DNA from: Parvularia atlantis
Lineage: Eukaryota
Direction: 5' to 3'
Assembly: GCA_943704415.1 (NCBI GenBank)
Contig: CALSCO010001030.1
Location: 1 to 64,000 of the forward strand
Length of the DNA stretch: 64,000 bases
The notes beneath the pieces are model-generated. The model saw only the letters and a program-made list of their open reading frames with translations. It did not search any database and was not told where the DNA came from. The translations under genes and the position numbers were made by a program. Positions 23,336 through 36,688 of the stretch are shown piece after piece (within the stretch, counting starts at the first letter, position 1; every line of letters begins with the position of its first letter).

Positions 23336-25081
23336 TCATGCGGACCCTGCTGCCGGCTGGCACACGAGCTTGTGCCGCGGCCAGTCGTCCTGCTGGCATG
23401 TGCGGCAGCAGTAGGCCGCGCGCTTGCAGCGGCCGCAGTGCGACAGCGGCACGTACTCCTGCGCGCACGCCTGAGCACGCGTGCATGCAGACGCCGCCTC
23501 TGTGCACCGTCCGGCGCGCGTCTGCCATCATCGTGCGCTCGAGCTGCTCGGCCAGGCGTGCGTAGCGCTGCACAACCGCGTCCCGCGCCGGCTTTGTGTC
23601 GGCTGGCGCGACACGAGGCTCAAGACGCTGACCACTGAGTGCCGTGCAACCACGAGCGTACCGCCGTCCGCGATGCCCTCGAGCTCGCGCGCCATCGCCG
23701 GCTCGAGCTCCTGCGTCCAGCGCTGCTTGACTTGCGCGACGATCTGGTGCCGTGCCCATTCAGCGGGCGTGACAGGACGCGAGCACGCAGCACGACCTCT
23801 TTCTTGCGCATGTGGTCCCGCGACGACAGGTGCCGCCCAAACGTCGCGAGCAGTTCGGGCGCGTCAGGCGGCCCGCTCGAGCGCGCGCACTCGGGCCGCT
23901 CGCACAGGACCTCAGGCCGCTCATCCGGCCGAAAGGTCAGCGCCGCCGCTGGGCAGGACGGCGCGCAGTGCTCACCTCTGTGCTGGCGTTGTGGTCGTGG
24001 ATGGGCCACGGGACGCACACCTTGCGTGACAGACCCGGCACGGTTGCGATGAACGGCGCGAGCACGTCACCGTGCCAGAACGGCACCTGCGCGCGCGCAC
24101 GCGTGGGACGCACGCGCACGCCAGCGCCCCGGCTCGCACCAGCACAAAATCTTGGTCGACGAGCGAGTAGAGCGCCGCGACGGGGCAGTCGAGCTCGCCG
24201 CGCAGCCGGAAAACCGTGTGGGTGAACGAGCGCAGCAATGCGGCGTCGTGCCCGGCCGCCTCCCACACGCGCCTGAGTGCGAGCGTCTCGTCACGGATGG
24301 CCGAGGGCAGCGGCGCGTTCGGGTCCCGGCGGTCGTCGTCGTCGTCGTCAGACGGTTCGTCATCCGACGCGTCGTCCTGCGAGCGCGGTGCGCGGCCGCT
24401 GGCGCGCTGGGCCTCGTCCTGCCGGTGTGGCGATCAGCCTCGGGTAGAGTGCCCACGCGCACGTGCCTGTCGCCTTTGCGACTCGACGAAGGCGCGCAGA
24501 CAGTTAAGGCGCACGGCCGCGGCGACGACGAGGGCCGACGCGCTGCGCTCGTACCTGCGCTTGGGTTCAAAGGCGCATTGATGCGCGTGACAGTGGCCCC
24601 CGCACCGCGCGTTAACCAGCGCGAGCGGCACGGCGAGCTGGCGCAGGATGTGCGTGGACATTTTGAACAGGTTCTCGGTCGTGTCGAGGCGCGGCACGGC
24701 GCGGAAGACGACCGCGGGCCAGTGGAAGCGCGCGGTCCGGCCCGTGTCGAGCGCGAGCATCTGCCACGACGTCGGCCGGCCCTCACTGTCTGCGTGCGCG
24801 CACGTCAGACGGCCGTGGTGGCGCGCGATCGGTCCCGACGTGCCTGCCGGCAGGAAGAGCGTCTGCGGGCGCCGCCGCGTCTGCTCGCGCGCCCACTCGG
24901 CGATCTGCCGGCGCTCGTCCACCTCGAGCTTGTAGAAGATTTCCTCAACCTGCCGCAACGCAGCGATCACCGGCGTCAGATGGTGTCAGCAGGCCGCCGT
25001 CGACGGCGCACGCGCCTGGGTCGCGCTAAGGCGGCACTGCGCAATGTCGCGCGGCAGAGTCTTGGGCTCGTCCGCGGGCAT
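23336..25081 (-). CDS. Hypothetical protein with a C-terminal MYND-type zinc finger
   Basis: Last exon LSHCGRCKRAAYCCRTCQQDDWPRHKLVC...*; upstream exons are unassigned. Confidence 0.65.
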
Positions 25082-25141
25082 TGGTGCAGCTGATGGCGTG
25101 CAGACTGCAGAGCAGGTAGTTATCGAACAGTAGCTGGCAGG

Positions 25142-27614
25142 ATGGAGGGTGTGCTCGACCCGTCAGACAAGCGCATCAAGGAGGTGCGCGCGCCGTGCCG
25201 GGCGGGCGGGCGAGCGGCGTGCGACGTGTGCGACGCGCGCAGGACATCCTCAAGCTCATCCTGAGCTACCTGCAGGAGGAGGGCTACCAGGCGGCCAAGA
25301 CGACGCTGCAGGTGCGCGCATCGGCCGATGTGCGCGATCCGTCAGCCGAACGCGTGTCGCCGCCACAGGACGAGGCCAACGTCAAGATCGCGGCCGGGCG
25401 CGAGAAGTTTGTGGAGATGAAGGCCGTGCGCAAGGCGATCCGAGGTGCCGTGCCGCACCCGCCGTTTGACCGGCGGCCTGAGCGCCGCGCGCGCCGACAG
25501 ACGGCGAGTGGACCGAGGTCGAGCGGCTTGTGGCCAAGCTCGGGCTCAAGAACAACAAGACGTTCCTGTACGCGGTCTACAAGCAGCAGTACCTCGAGCA
25601 GATCGACAGCGGCGAGTTCCAGAAGGCGCGGCGCCGCACAGCGCGTGCGCGAGCGTGTGCTGACGGCGGCGCCGCGCGCACAGGCATTCACGTACCTCAC
25701 GAAGCGCCTCAAGCCGCTCGAAACGCTGCAGACGACGCCCGACGAGTTCAAGGACCTGTGCTACCTGCTCAGGTATGAGTCCATGCGTGCGCGTGTGGTT
25801 CTGAGACGCGGGGCGCTAGCTGCCGGTCCGTGCAGGAGGCGCCGTCGTTCAAGAACTGGCAGGGCGTGGGCCCGTCGCGGTGCGTGCAGTCGGCGCTGAG
25901 CGTCGCGATAGCACTCAGACTGAGCGTCGTGCTCAGTGAGAAGCTGCTCGAGGACTTCCAGACGATGCTGGACTTTGAGGCGATCGAGAGCGCGGGTGCG
26001 CGACGCCGGCCGGCCCTTGCGCCCGCCGGCTCACCGTGCCTGCCGCACAAAGGGCCCGAGTACGTCTCGCCCGACCGTCTTTTTTCGATGCTGCGCCAGG
26101 CCGTCGCGTACCAGATCAAGTCGTCGCGGTACCACCCCAAGGTGCCGCCAAAGATCACCACGTGCGTCGGGCGCGCGTCCTGCGCGCGAGCGGGTGCCTG
26201 GACTCACAACATGACGCGCCCCAGGCTGCTGGAGGACTACTCGGCCTTTGTGATCCCGAACGCGTGCCGGCACGTGTTCGAGGGGCACACGCAGAACGTC
26301 AAGTGCGCCGAGTTCCTCGGCACCGACGGCCAGCGGCTCGCATCCGGGTCGAGGCAAGCGGCCGTGCACGTGACCCCAAGCAGCGTCTGACGCCTGCGCG
26401 CGGCGCAGCGACGCGACCGTGCGCGTCTGGAACACGGAGAACGGGACGTGCCAGGCGGTGCTGCGCGGGCACACATCGCGCATGTGCGTGCTTGTGCGAG
26501 CCGCAGCAACGATGGCGCACTGACGACGCGCGTGTGGCGCAGCTGGGACCTGTCGTGCAACGCGTCGGGCGCGGTGCTGGCGAGCGCGTCGGCCGACGGG
26601 ACCGTGCGGGTGCGGAAAGACCTCCTCGCGCGGAAGAGACAGACGTGCTCACCTGCCCGCGCGCGGCCAGCTGTGGGACATCAACAAGCTGAGCTTCAAC
26701 GCGACGGCATCGTTTGACCTGCAGTCGGGCGACTTGTACACCGTGCGGTGTGGCGTGCCGCGCTGCCCTGCAGTCGCTGCGCTGCTGATGCGCTCGGGTG
26801 CGCACGCAGCTTCCACCCCGGGCAGAACCACCTTGTTACGGGCGGGTACGACAAGACGCTGCGGCTGGTGGACGCGCGCACGGGCACGGTCGTCAAGGGC
26901 TTCACGGGGCACCGCACGTCGGTCACGTCGACCGTGTTCAACCCGCACGGCAACCTGGTCATCTCTGGCTCGAAAGACCACACGGTGCGGTGACATGCCG
27001 GTGCCGCGTGCGCGCACTTCTCTCACGCTGTCGTACGTGCGCGGCACACGCCCAGGTCAAATTCTGGGACCTGTCGTCGGGCCTGTGCGTCAACACGCTG
27101 TCGGCGCACCTGGGCGAGATCACGTCGGTGGCGGTCAACGCGAGCGGCACGCTGCTCCTGACGGGGTCGAAGGACAACTCGAACCGGCTGTGGGACCTTC
27201 GCATGGCACGCACGCACTCTCAGGAGGAGTCTGTGCTCTGCTGTCTGATCGCTTCGCGACGCACACAGCTTCAGACGAAGCAGCGGCTCAAGGGCCACCA
27301 GAACACGTCCAAGAACTTTATCCGCTGTGGCTTTGGGCACAAGTCGCTCGTGCTGGGCGGCTCAGAGGTGTGTGCACACTGCGCTGCTGCACGGCTGCAC
27401 CGCGGGCGGTGTGGTGACTGCACGGAGCGTGCAGGATGGCGTGGTGCACGTGTGGGACCTCGAGAGCGGGCACGTGTTGCAGCGGCTGCCGGGCCACGTC
27501 GGGACGGCGTACAACGCGACGTGGAACGCGGCACAGCAGCTGCTCGTGAGCTGCGGCGAGGACCGGACGATGCGCACGTGGTGGTTCGACGAGGGGAGGG
27601 ACGCAGAGAGATGA
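25142..27614 (+). CDS. LisH/CTLH + WD40 repeat protein (WDR47-like)
   Basis: DILKLILSYLQEEGY (LisH), AIR/DGEWTEVE, FLYAVYKQQYLEQI, then WD repeats GHTQNVK, TGGYDKTLRL, SGSKDHT/VKFWD, GHQNTSKNFIR. Confidence 0.82.
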
Positions 27615-27710
27615 TGCGGCACAAAGAGGGAAAGTGTGTTTCCGCGGCGTCCAGTTCACCGGCGAAGGTTCCAGAACAGCCTGTGACGTCGAAGCACGCG
27701 ATTCGCCAGA

Positions 27711-28943
27711 ATGGGTGCGCGCCGTTGCGCGCGCGTCTCTCCGCGCTGACTGCGCCGTGACGCAGACACCACCGCCGCGTCCACTGCCGCTGGCAGCCCG
27801 GGGGCCAAGGCGCCGGCTGCGCGCCCGCAGGCGTTTGTGCCGACCCCGCCCGTGCTGCCGCCCGCCCTCGCCGCGGCGGCTGCGGCCGCTGCCCAGCCGC
27901 CCGCGCCGTCGACACCGACGCATGCAGGGGCGACGCTGCCGCTCTGGCCAAGCCCGCAGAACTTCGCCAGCATGTTGCCGTTCTTCGCTATGAACCTGCT
28001 GCCGGGCGCGGGCGCCGCTGCCGGCAACGTCTCGCCCACGCCCGCGCGCCAGGGCCCGCCGATGATCCGCCCGCGGCCGACCAACGGCAACGGCAGCGCG
28101 AGCGCGTCGCCCGCCGGCCCGCTCACGACGGTCGTGCAGGCCCCGCCGCCGCCGCAGCAGCCCTCGCAGCAGCCCGTGCCGGCACCGCAGCCGCAGCAAT
28201 GGTCGCCCCCGCGCACCGATGCGGCCGCGCCCGCATCTGCGCCCGCACTCGTGCCCGCGCCTGTGCCCGCGCCGGACGCCTCACCGCCGGCCAAGCGGCG
28301 CGCCATCGAGGGCGCTGCACGCAACTCGCCCGCGTCGCGGCGGCCAGGCGAGTTGGCGGCAGACGGCGGCAACGTCTCGGGCGGCGACGGCGCGGCGGGC
28401 GGGGGGACCGGCGGCAGCGCGCCCGCAGGAGCAGGAGCAGCAGCAGCGGCACCAGCGACAACAGCATCGGCAGCGACAGCAGCACCGGCATCCGCACCGC
28501 CAGCAGTGCCCGCGCTGCTGCAGCCGCCGCCGATCTTTGACCCGGTCGCAATGGCCACCGAGCCGATGGCGTCGCTGATGCAGGACCCCAAGTACATGGC
28601 GGCGGCGATGACTGCTGGGGTGCCCGGGCTGACGGAGGCGGCGCTGAAACGCTCGAAGCGGCTGATGCGCAACCGCGAGGCCGCACGCGAGTGCCGGCGC
28701 AAGCGCAAGGAGTACGTGTATGACATCGAGAACCGCGTGCACGAGCTCGAGCGGGCCAACCGGGCGCTCAGCGCCGAGGTGCTGCACCTGCGCAAGCTCA
28801 TGGCCAACAACCCGGCCGGGCTGAGCGAGGCGAGCGCGGCCGGGGCCGAGGCCGCATCAGCGTACGACATGCTCGACTTGGCCACGCGCAGCGCCGCCAA
28901 AATGGAGGCCAACACGTCGAGCGCGAGCGACGCGGACGGCTGA
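27711..28943 (+). CDS. CREB/ATF1-like bZIP transcription factor
   Basis: KRSKRLMRNREAARECRRKRKEYVYDIENRVHELERANRAL; one intron right after ATG-G. Confidence 0.88.
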
Positions 28944-28985
28944 GGCACAGGCGTTGTACGCAGATTGTTTCCCGGCCCATTCAAA

Positions 28986-30474
28986 ATGACAGACAAGCTG
29001 GCCACGCTTGTTCGCGAGGCCGCCGCGCTCGAGCGAGCGCTCGCGGCCAAGCTGGACGAATACGAGGCGTGCGCGGCGGCAGAGGGGCGAGCGGGGCCGA
29101 CGCACCCGGTGCGCACCGCGGCGCCGCGCCCGAAACGCGCCGTTTCAGGCCCGTCCCGAGCCCGTGTTTACCGCGGTCCCCGGCGCGGCTCGCGCAGAAG
29201 TACGCGGCGCTCAAGGCCCGGCTGCAGACGCTGCGCGCCGACGGGCAGCTGCTGCGCTACCAGCTGGCGCGCGTCGACCGGGCGGACGTGGCGCCGCAGG
29301 GTGCGCCACAAGAGCGTGGACGCGGTGGTATCGCTGATCGCGCTTCCGCAGAGCCGCCGTCCGCCGCGCGCCTCGTGCTCGCGGAGCGCGCCCTGACGAG
29401 CGTGCCGCCGGCGCTGCTGGCGGGCGCGTCGCTCGTGACGGTGCGCGGCCACCCGTGCGTGCGCGCGGCCTGACACAAGGGGCGCGATGTACAGGACCTG
29501 AGCCTCGCGCGCAACGGCTTGACGGCCGTCCCGGACGCGCTGCTGGCGGACGCGGCGCTCGCGGGCCGGCTGCGACGGCTGGACCTGAGGTGGCGTCGCG
29601 TTTGTGGCAGCCCGCCGCGCGTGCACGGCTGACGACAGAGATGCTGCGACGTTGCGTCACAGCCACAACCAGATCCGCGTCGTTCCGGCCGAGATCGGCC
29701 GCCTCATGCAGCTGTGCTTCCTGAGCCTGCGGTGCGCGCGTGCCCACGCCTGTCGCGCGACGCTCATCGCACGCGGGCGCAGGTCGAACGCCGTCGAGCA
29801 GCTGGAGCCCGGCTGGAGCGCAACGTGGACGCAGCTGGAGACCCTCGATCTCGCGCACAACCGCCTTTCCGACGCGAGCCTGGCAATGAGCGACGAGCTC
29901 GCGCAGTCACGCTCGAACCTGCGCAACCTGTCGCTCTCGGGCAACGAGCTGGGGAGCGTGCCGGCCTTCGTCGCGCTGTGCACGTGCGTCGCGCCGGCGG
30001 GCACCAGCTGTAGTGGTGCGCTGACAACGCCCGCGCAGCAACCTCGTGCGGCTGCACCTCGACCGCAACCGCATAAGTGAGCTGCCTGCCGCGCTCGTTG
30101 GCCTCGCGCGGCTGCAGTGGCTGCAACTGGGCCAAAACCAGCTGACGGCCGTCGCGCCCGGGATCGCCGCGCTGCCCGCGCTCATTGGTGCGTCCGGTTT
30201 CAGCGCCAGCGGCGTGCGCTCACTCGCCCTGTTCAGGGCTCGGCCTAGCGGGCAACCAGATCGTGGCCAAGCCCGAGTTTGCGGCGCACCTGCGCGTGCT
30301 GCGTGCGTGCTTCTTGCGCGGCGCCGAAGAGGCTGCGCTGATCCGCGCTCATCGGTTCTCGCAGACCTCGACGGCAACCCGTTCTGGGATACGCCGGCGT
30401 CGCATACGCCGCCGCTGACGGCACAGGCGACCGACCTTATGGTCCCCGCAGACGCGACGGCACAGGCGGCATGA
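28986..30474 (+). CDS. Leucine-rich repeat protein with an N-terminal coiled coil
   Basis: Repeated LxxLxLxxN: LETLDLAHNRL, LRNLSLSGNEL, LVRLHLDRNRI, LQWLQLGQNQL, LDGNPF. Confidence 0.88.
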
Positions 30475-30513
30475 GCTGCTATTTGCACATGGACAAATTG
30501 GATGGACACGCTC

Positions 30514-33500
30514 TCAGTCGTCCGCCAGCCCGGGCGCGTCGCCGTCGCCGTCGCTGCCAGGGGTTTTGCGCTTGCGCCGAGGCGCGGCACGCTTCTTCTG
30601 CGGGCTGCCGGCCGGGCTACTGCCACCGCTGCTGTCGGGCGCATCGCCGTTGGCCGCTGGCGTCTTGCGCCGCGGCGCTCGCTTCTTCTTTGGGCTGGCG
30701 GCGGCGGCTGGATTCGGCGCCTCCCCATCGGCCGCCGGCGTCTTGCCGAGCAGCGCGTCCACGGCGCGGCGCACGCGCTCGCTCGAGTGCCCCGTGCGTG
30801 AGCGCACGAGCGTCGCCGGGCCGAAAAAGTCCTCGAGCCGCGCTTGCACCTGTGCGCGCCCAGCGCCCGATCAGCGCCCGTCTGCGCACGCTCGAGGCGC
30901 GCACATTTGTCTCCGACAGCTTGCGCATCACCGGCAGGATGTTTTCGTCCGCCTTGGCCTTGTCCCACAGGAAGCGGTCCATCACAAACGCGCGCAGCCG
31001 GTCCAGGTCGGGCAGGACGTGCACAAACTGCTCAGGCGAGTCGTCCACGGTCGGGTGCATGTACGCTGCGGGCGCGTGAGCACGCCCGGGGCGACCGAGA
31101 CGGTCCCCCAGCAGCGCACCGTGCGCCGCGCGCGGGTCGGGGAACTCGGGTCGGATGTACAGCTTCTTCTTGGCGCGCATCTGGTGGGCCGGCCGGCCGG
31201 TCGCGTCAGCCAGAGCAGCGCAAGCAGCCAGGCTGGGCGCGCACAAACTGCTTCTGGAACTCGTTGCGCGCGTGCGACAGGTCCAGGCCGCCCTCGTACA
31301 CACCCCGCCACCAGTTGGCAAAGTGCTTGAGGCCGTCCGGGCCCGGGAACTCCTTAAGAATCTGCTCACGCCGGGGCTCAACGAGGCGCCCGATGCAAAC
31401 AGCAGTACCGCACGCACCTCGATCGCCCACACGCCGCCGACGCCCGCCAGCCCGTCGGTGTAGTCGCTGCCGAGCAGGTATGCGAGCTGGATGAGCTTGT
31501 CGCGGTCGAGCCCCTGCGCACGCGTCCAGCTACGTCAATCGCGCCGGCAAACAGTGCGGCGCGCACCATCTCCTTCTCGATGTCGCTGATGGCGTACATC
31601 TCGACGTGCTTGCCCTGGTTGAACAGGTTGCGGTAAACGGTGCGCGCGCCAAAGAGCAGGGCGTCGGCATCGTCGGTCACCGTGCCGTCGACCAGCTGCG
31701 ACACGGTCAGCTGCGACCACCGCGTCTTTCTCGTGCGCCCGCGCACCTTGAGCCGCTCGAGCTCCGCGCACTGCGCCTCGGCCTCAGTCGGCGCGACGAT
31801 GAACGGCACACCGAAGAGCTGTAGCAGGTGCTGCGTGTCGGCCACCATCTCGTCCGTAACCGTGGCCATGTTGCGGCTGTCCTTGCGCAGCTGCTCGCGC
31901 AGGTCCGCGCGCTCTGTCTCGAGCTCGCGCTGCAGCCGGCCGACGTCGACGTCGCTCCTGATGCGCGTCAGCACAACGAGAGCGCACGCACCAGGCCCAC
32001 GCACTGGTTGATCGTCTTGAGGAACGCACGCAGGTCGGCGTCGACGTCGAAAGGCTGCTCGGTCGCAGGCAATGCCTGCGCTGGCGCTGAAGCTGGCACC
32101 TGGGCTGGTGCTGGCGCAGTTGAACCGCCGAGCGACATTGCAATGGCCATCGCTAGCTGCTGCTCCTCGTCCAGCTCGGAAGCGTCCCTTGAGCCGTGCG
32201 ACGACGCGAGCGACTCGGCGATCGCGGCCGCCAGCTGCTGCTGCTCTGCGTTGCGCTCGTCGGCCGCAGACGCGCTTGGCGACGGCGAGGGCGGTGGTGT
32301 CGGCGAGGGCGTGCGCAGACGGGTGATGCGTCGGCGCGGTGCCAGCTCGGGTGCCGGCTCGGATACCGGCTCGGGTGCCGGCTTGGGTGCGGGTGCAGGC
32401 GTTGGCTCGGGTGCGGGTGCAGGTGTTGGCGACCGTTCTGCTTCCCGCACCGACTCGGCTATCCGCATCGGATCGGCTGCCCGCGCCGGCTCAGCGACCA
32501 GCACCGGTTCGGCTGCGGGCACGGCTGCGGGCACGGCTGCGGGCACGGGAACAGCGACAGTCTCAAACTTCTCGTTGTCGACGTCGTCCTCGTCGTCGTT
32601 GCCTTTGCAGTCGCTGTCGTTGCCGCCAGCGGCCAGGAGCGCTGTCACGTCATCATGCTCAGCAACACGGCACCGTGGGCACGCAGCGACACACCCTCGA
32701 TGCAGTCCTGCAACAGCACCATCGCCAGCCGCCCGTCCTCGTCTTCGGCCAGCTCGAAGCTGCACAAGCAAATGTCGTCAGCACGGCTCGCCACCGTCCA
32801 TGCCCTTGCGCACCGCCGCTTGCGCTCGAGTGTCGCGGCGAGGCGCGCGCGCAGTGCCATGCCCGCGTCCGCTGCCGCGGCCTTTAGCAGCTCGTCCATG
32901 TCCCTGGCCAGCATCGGCACCGCGCGGGTGAACGACGGCGCGATCTGCCGCTTGAACTGCGCCGTGGTGGTCGTGCTCAGCAGCAACCGCGGTGTCTCGG
33001 TGCGCGCGCCCGCACCAGCCCGATGGTCTCGCGCTGGGCAGCCGTGCCGAGCGCGGTGTGCGCCTTGCTGTCGCTGTCGTCGCCGAGCACGATCGGTCCC
33101 GCCTCGTCCTCGTCCTCCTCGTCCTCCTCGTCCTCCTCCTGCGTCTCGTCATCCAGCAGCGACACGACCGCCTCGTCGTCGTCGTACAGCTGTTCGGGCC
33201 GCTGCGGCGTCTGCGCGCACTGTGCGATCAGTCGCGGCTGCGCACCGTTCAGCCACTCTCGCACCTCCGTCTTGCGCGCCCCGCCCTCGGACAGCAGCGC
33301 GCTCGCCGCTGCGCCCGCGCCCTGCAGCGTCGAGAACATGCCGCGCGGCGGGAACATGTACACGTCGTCGTCGGTGATCGAGGACTCGTGCGCGAGCGCA
33401 GGGGCAGCGGCAGCGGCAGGCGATGCAGTCGCCAGCGCGTCCTGCTCGTCCGGGTCGAGCAGCGCGCCTGCACCACCGCCTGAGCCGCCGCGAGGACGGC

Positions 33501-34998
33501 GAGCGCGTGTCACGCACGGGCCTGCGCGGCCGCCTCGGCCGCGGCGCGCTGGCTGCGCAGGTGCGACATGAGGCCGGCCGCCTTGCCGTCCTTGGCCAAG
33601 ATGTACTCCTTCGCGTCCTCGGACACGATGCGGTTTGACTCGGTGCCGCTGAACAGGCGTGCACGTGTGAGCACGGCCGCGCCCGGGGCGGCGCCGGCAA
33701 CGCACGCAACGCAGTTCTCCTTGCGCAGCACGTCGCGCACCTCGTCCATCTTGCTCCACAGGTTCGAGCGATGCACCGTGTTGCGTATCTGCGCGCCCGG
33801 CGTCAGGGCCTGAGCGAGGCGCGGTTCCACAATGCCACCGCGCCTGCAGCAGCGAAAAATCGGCCGCCGTCGATGTGTTCTCCATGTGCGATCGCAGGCG
33901 CTTCCACGACGTCTCGCGGCTGCGCACGGTCAGCTCGGCGACGATCTCGTGCTGCGCCGCCGCCGCCTCGTGTCAGCGCGCCGTGCGCTCGAACGGGCAG
34001 CGGCACGACTCGCCTGGATCATCGGCGGCAGCGTCGCAAACTCGTCCGAGTGGATGTCGATCGACGTGCCCTCCTCGTCGATGATGAAGCGGAACTCACC
34101 CTTATAGTCGTCGTTGAAGCGCGAGCGCAGCGAGAACGACGGGCTGCGCGGCACATGACGCTCAGCCAGTTTGCGCACACGCGCCGCGCTCCGAGCTCAA
34201 AGCGCACAAGCGCTCCTCGTCCGACTCGGCGCCCTCGACGGCCGGCGGCACCTCAAACTCGTCGCGCTTGCGCTTGCCTGCGCGCGCACATAGGCGGCGT
34301 CACCAACACAAAGGCAAGCAAAGTCCACCGCCCACCATTGCCGGCGCGGCGCACGGCCAGGGCGCCGACATCCGCGTCGGCGTCGGCATTGGCAGTGCCG
34401 CCCGCGTCGTCGTCCGCCGTCGCCTTGGCCTTGCCCTTGCGCGTGCTGAGCCGTGCATGGACGCGTGAGCCGTCGGACGAGCGGCTGCAATCGCCAACGC
34501 AGCGCACCGCGCGGCCGCCAGCGCCTGCGCGCGCAGCTGGTTCGACAGGAGCTTCTCGGCGGTTTTGCGGAAGCTCGTGGCGGTGCGGTCCTGGCGCTTG
34601 CGGCGCTCGCTCTGGCGCGGCGCGGGGGAGGCGGTGAACGCGCAGCCGATCGGGCCAGCAGTTCGCCACGAGCGCACGAGGGTCTTCTGCTTGAGCATCG
34701 GCGCGGCGCCGTCAAAGACAAAGACCGGCCGGACCTTGTAGAACAGGAGCTTGCAGACGCGTCGGAAGAAGCCAAGCAGGTGCGCGTTGCGCAGCAGGTT
34801 GCCCTCGCCGTCACGCATCGCCTTCAAGAACTGGTTGAGCCAGATGCTCGCGTCTGGACGGCGACCGGCTGAGCGCAGCGGACCGATGACGGGCGCGCAC
34901 GCGCGCGCACCGACGGCCAGGCGTTTGCCCGCGAGCGACTCGAGCCGCACGGGGCGCCCCACCGGCTGCAGCAGCGGCCACAGGCCCTGCACGCCCAT
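30514..34998 (-). CDS. RAD2: XPG/Rad2 structure-specific endonuclease (ERCC5)
   Basis: N-domain [10 protein letters not shown]...[17 protein letters not shown]...PVFVFDG; I-domain [48 protein letters not shown]; long spacer between them. Confidence 0.95.
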
Positions 34999-35036
34999 CG
35001 CGGTGGCGCTACCGTTCGAAGCTGCGCTCGAATGTT

Positions 35037-36610
35037 ATGGCGTCGGCGCGTGTCACCGAGCTCGTCGCGGCCTTTGCGGCGCTGCCGCCGGCTGAGCAGC
35101 GGCGCTTGTGGGTCGCCGCGGTGCGCACATGGTCCGTGCTGAGGGCGCCGCGGCGCGCGCAGCCTGCAGACCGTGCCACCGATTTGGCGCGACGACGCGC
35201 GCACCGCCGCCGCGGTCCTCGCCGACGCGCAGGCCGCGTACGACGCGCGCACGTTCGACGTCGTCGCGCGGCTCCCGCTCGAGCTCGCCGTCGCCGTCTA
35301 CGCGCTGCTCGACACCGCGGCGATGCTCGCCTTCGCGCACGTGTGGTGCCGAGGCGCAGCGCCAAGGCGCGGTGCTGACGGGCTGCGCGCCGCAGGTCAG
35401 CACCGCGTACCGCTGCGTCGCGCACAGCGAGCCTGCGACGCGCCTGCTGCGCGAGCGCCTCCGGGGCCCGCCGCGCCTGGGTGACGGCGAGCTCACGCCG
35501 CGCGAGGCCCAGCGCCTGCTGCACCGCGAGCTGCTGTGGCAGACCGCCGCGTTCCGCTTCACCAACCAGTGGAACCACGACGGGCACACGATCGTGCGCT
35601 GCCGCGACGGGCGGCTGCTCAACACGGCGTTCAGCCGCGACTTTGACAACGCTGCGCTGGTGCTCTACGACCTGACGCGGGCCGACGTGCCGCGGGTGGC
35701 GAGCTTCGTCGACGGCGAGCACTTGCAGATGTCGCTCGTGGATCTGTCGGTGCCGGTCGGCGTCGTCGCGGCCGCGCACTTTCTGCGGTGCGGACCTGCG
35801 CGCGTGTGCGTGGCCGTGCTTGTGGCGCTGACCGAGCACGTGAGAACAGGTGTATGGTCACGCTGTGGCCGCTCAAGATCGGCGACGCCGCGGCGCGGCC
35901 GACGCACCGCTTCGTCGCCCACGCCGACCGCATCACGGCCATCGCGCTCAGCCAGGACCCGGCGCGACCGTGGCTGGCGACCGCGTGCAGCAGCGGCAGT
36001 GTGAGCGTGTGGGACGTGCACACGGCCGAACGCCTGTGCACAATCACGCTCGACGAGCGCGACACGCCCATGTCGCTGCACTGGCGGCCCGCGGCCGCGC
36101 TTGCTGCGGGCGCCGAGCTCGTCGTCGTGCACCACAGCCCGGTCATGCTCAGCGTGCTGCAGGTCGACGCCGGCAGGTGCGAGATTGTGCGCGTCCTGCA
36201 CGAGGGGCCCGTGGCCCTGACCAGGTGCGCTCGCCCGAGGCAAGTCTTCGCTGAAGCGTGGCAGCACACGCAGCCCGCGCGCGCGCACGATTATGGACGC
36301 GCTGCCGGACGGCGAGTACGTGTGCATCAAGGAGAAGCTGGGCACGGCAGCGCTGCTCGGGCGCAGGCGCGCGAGCATCTGGCGATACACGACCGGGCTC
36401 ATGCGGCTCGCCTACTTTGCGGTCGACGGCACGACGCCGCAGCTCAAAACGGAGCTGGAGGTGCCGCGGCAAGGCAGTACGGTCCTGGCCGACCTGCAGT
36501 GCGACGAGACGCGCCTTGTGCTCGTGCGGCACGGCCGTGTTCCCGCGGACAACAGCGTCGTGGTAGTGTACAAGCCGCGCGAGAACACAGCCGTGCCAGC
36601 GGCCGTCTGA
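35037..36610 (+). CDS. F-box protein with divergent WD40-like repeats
   Basis: FDVVARLPLELAVAVYALLDTAAMLAFAH/VSTAYR (F-box); AHADRITAIAL...LATACSSGSVSVWDV. Confidence 0.7.
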
Positions 36611-36688
36611 CTGTGTGCGTTTGTGCATGCACTCTCTTTTCGCCGCGCGCGTTTGTATAGGACATGGCTATGGTCGCGGGTCGCGGCC

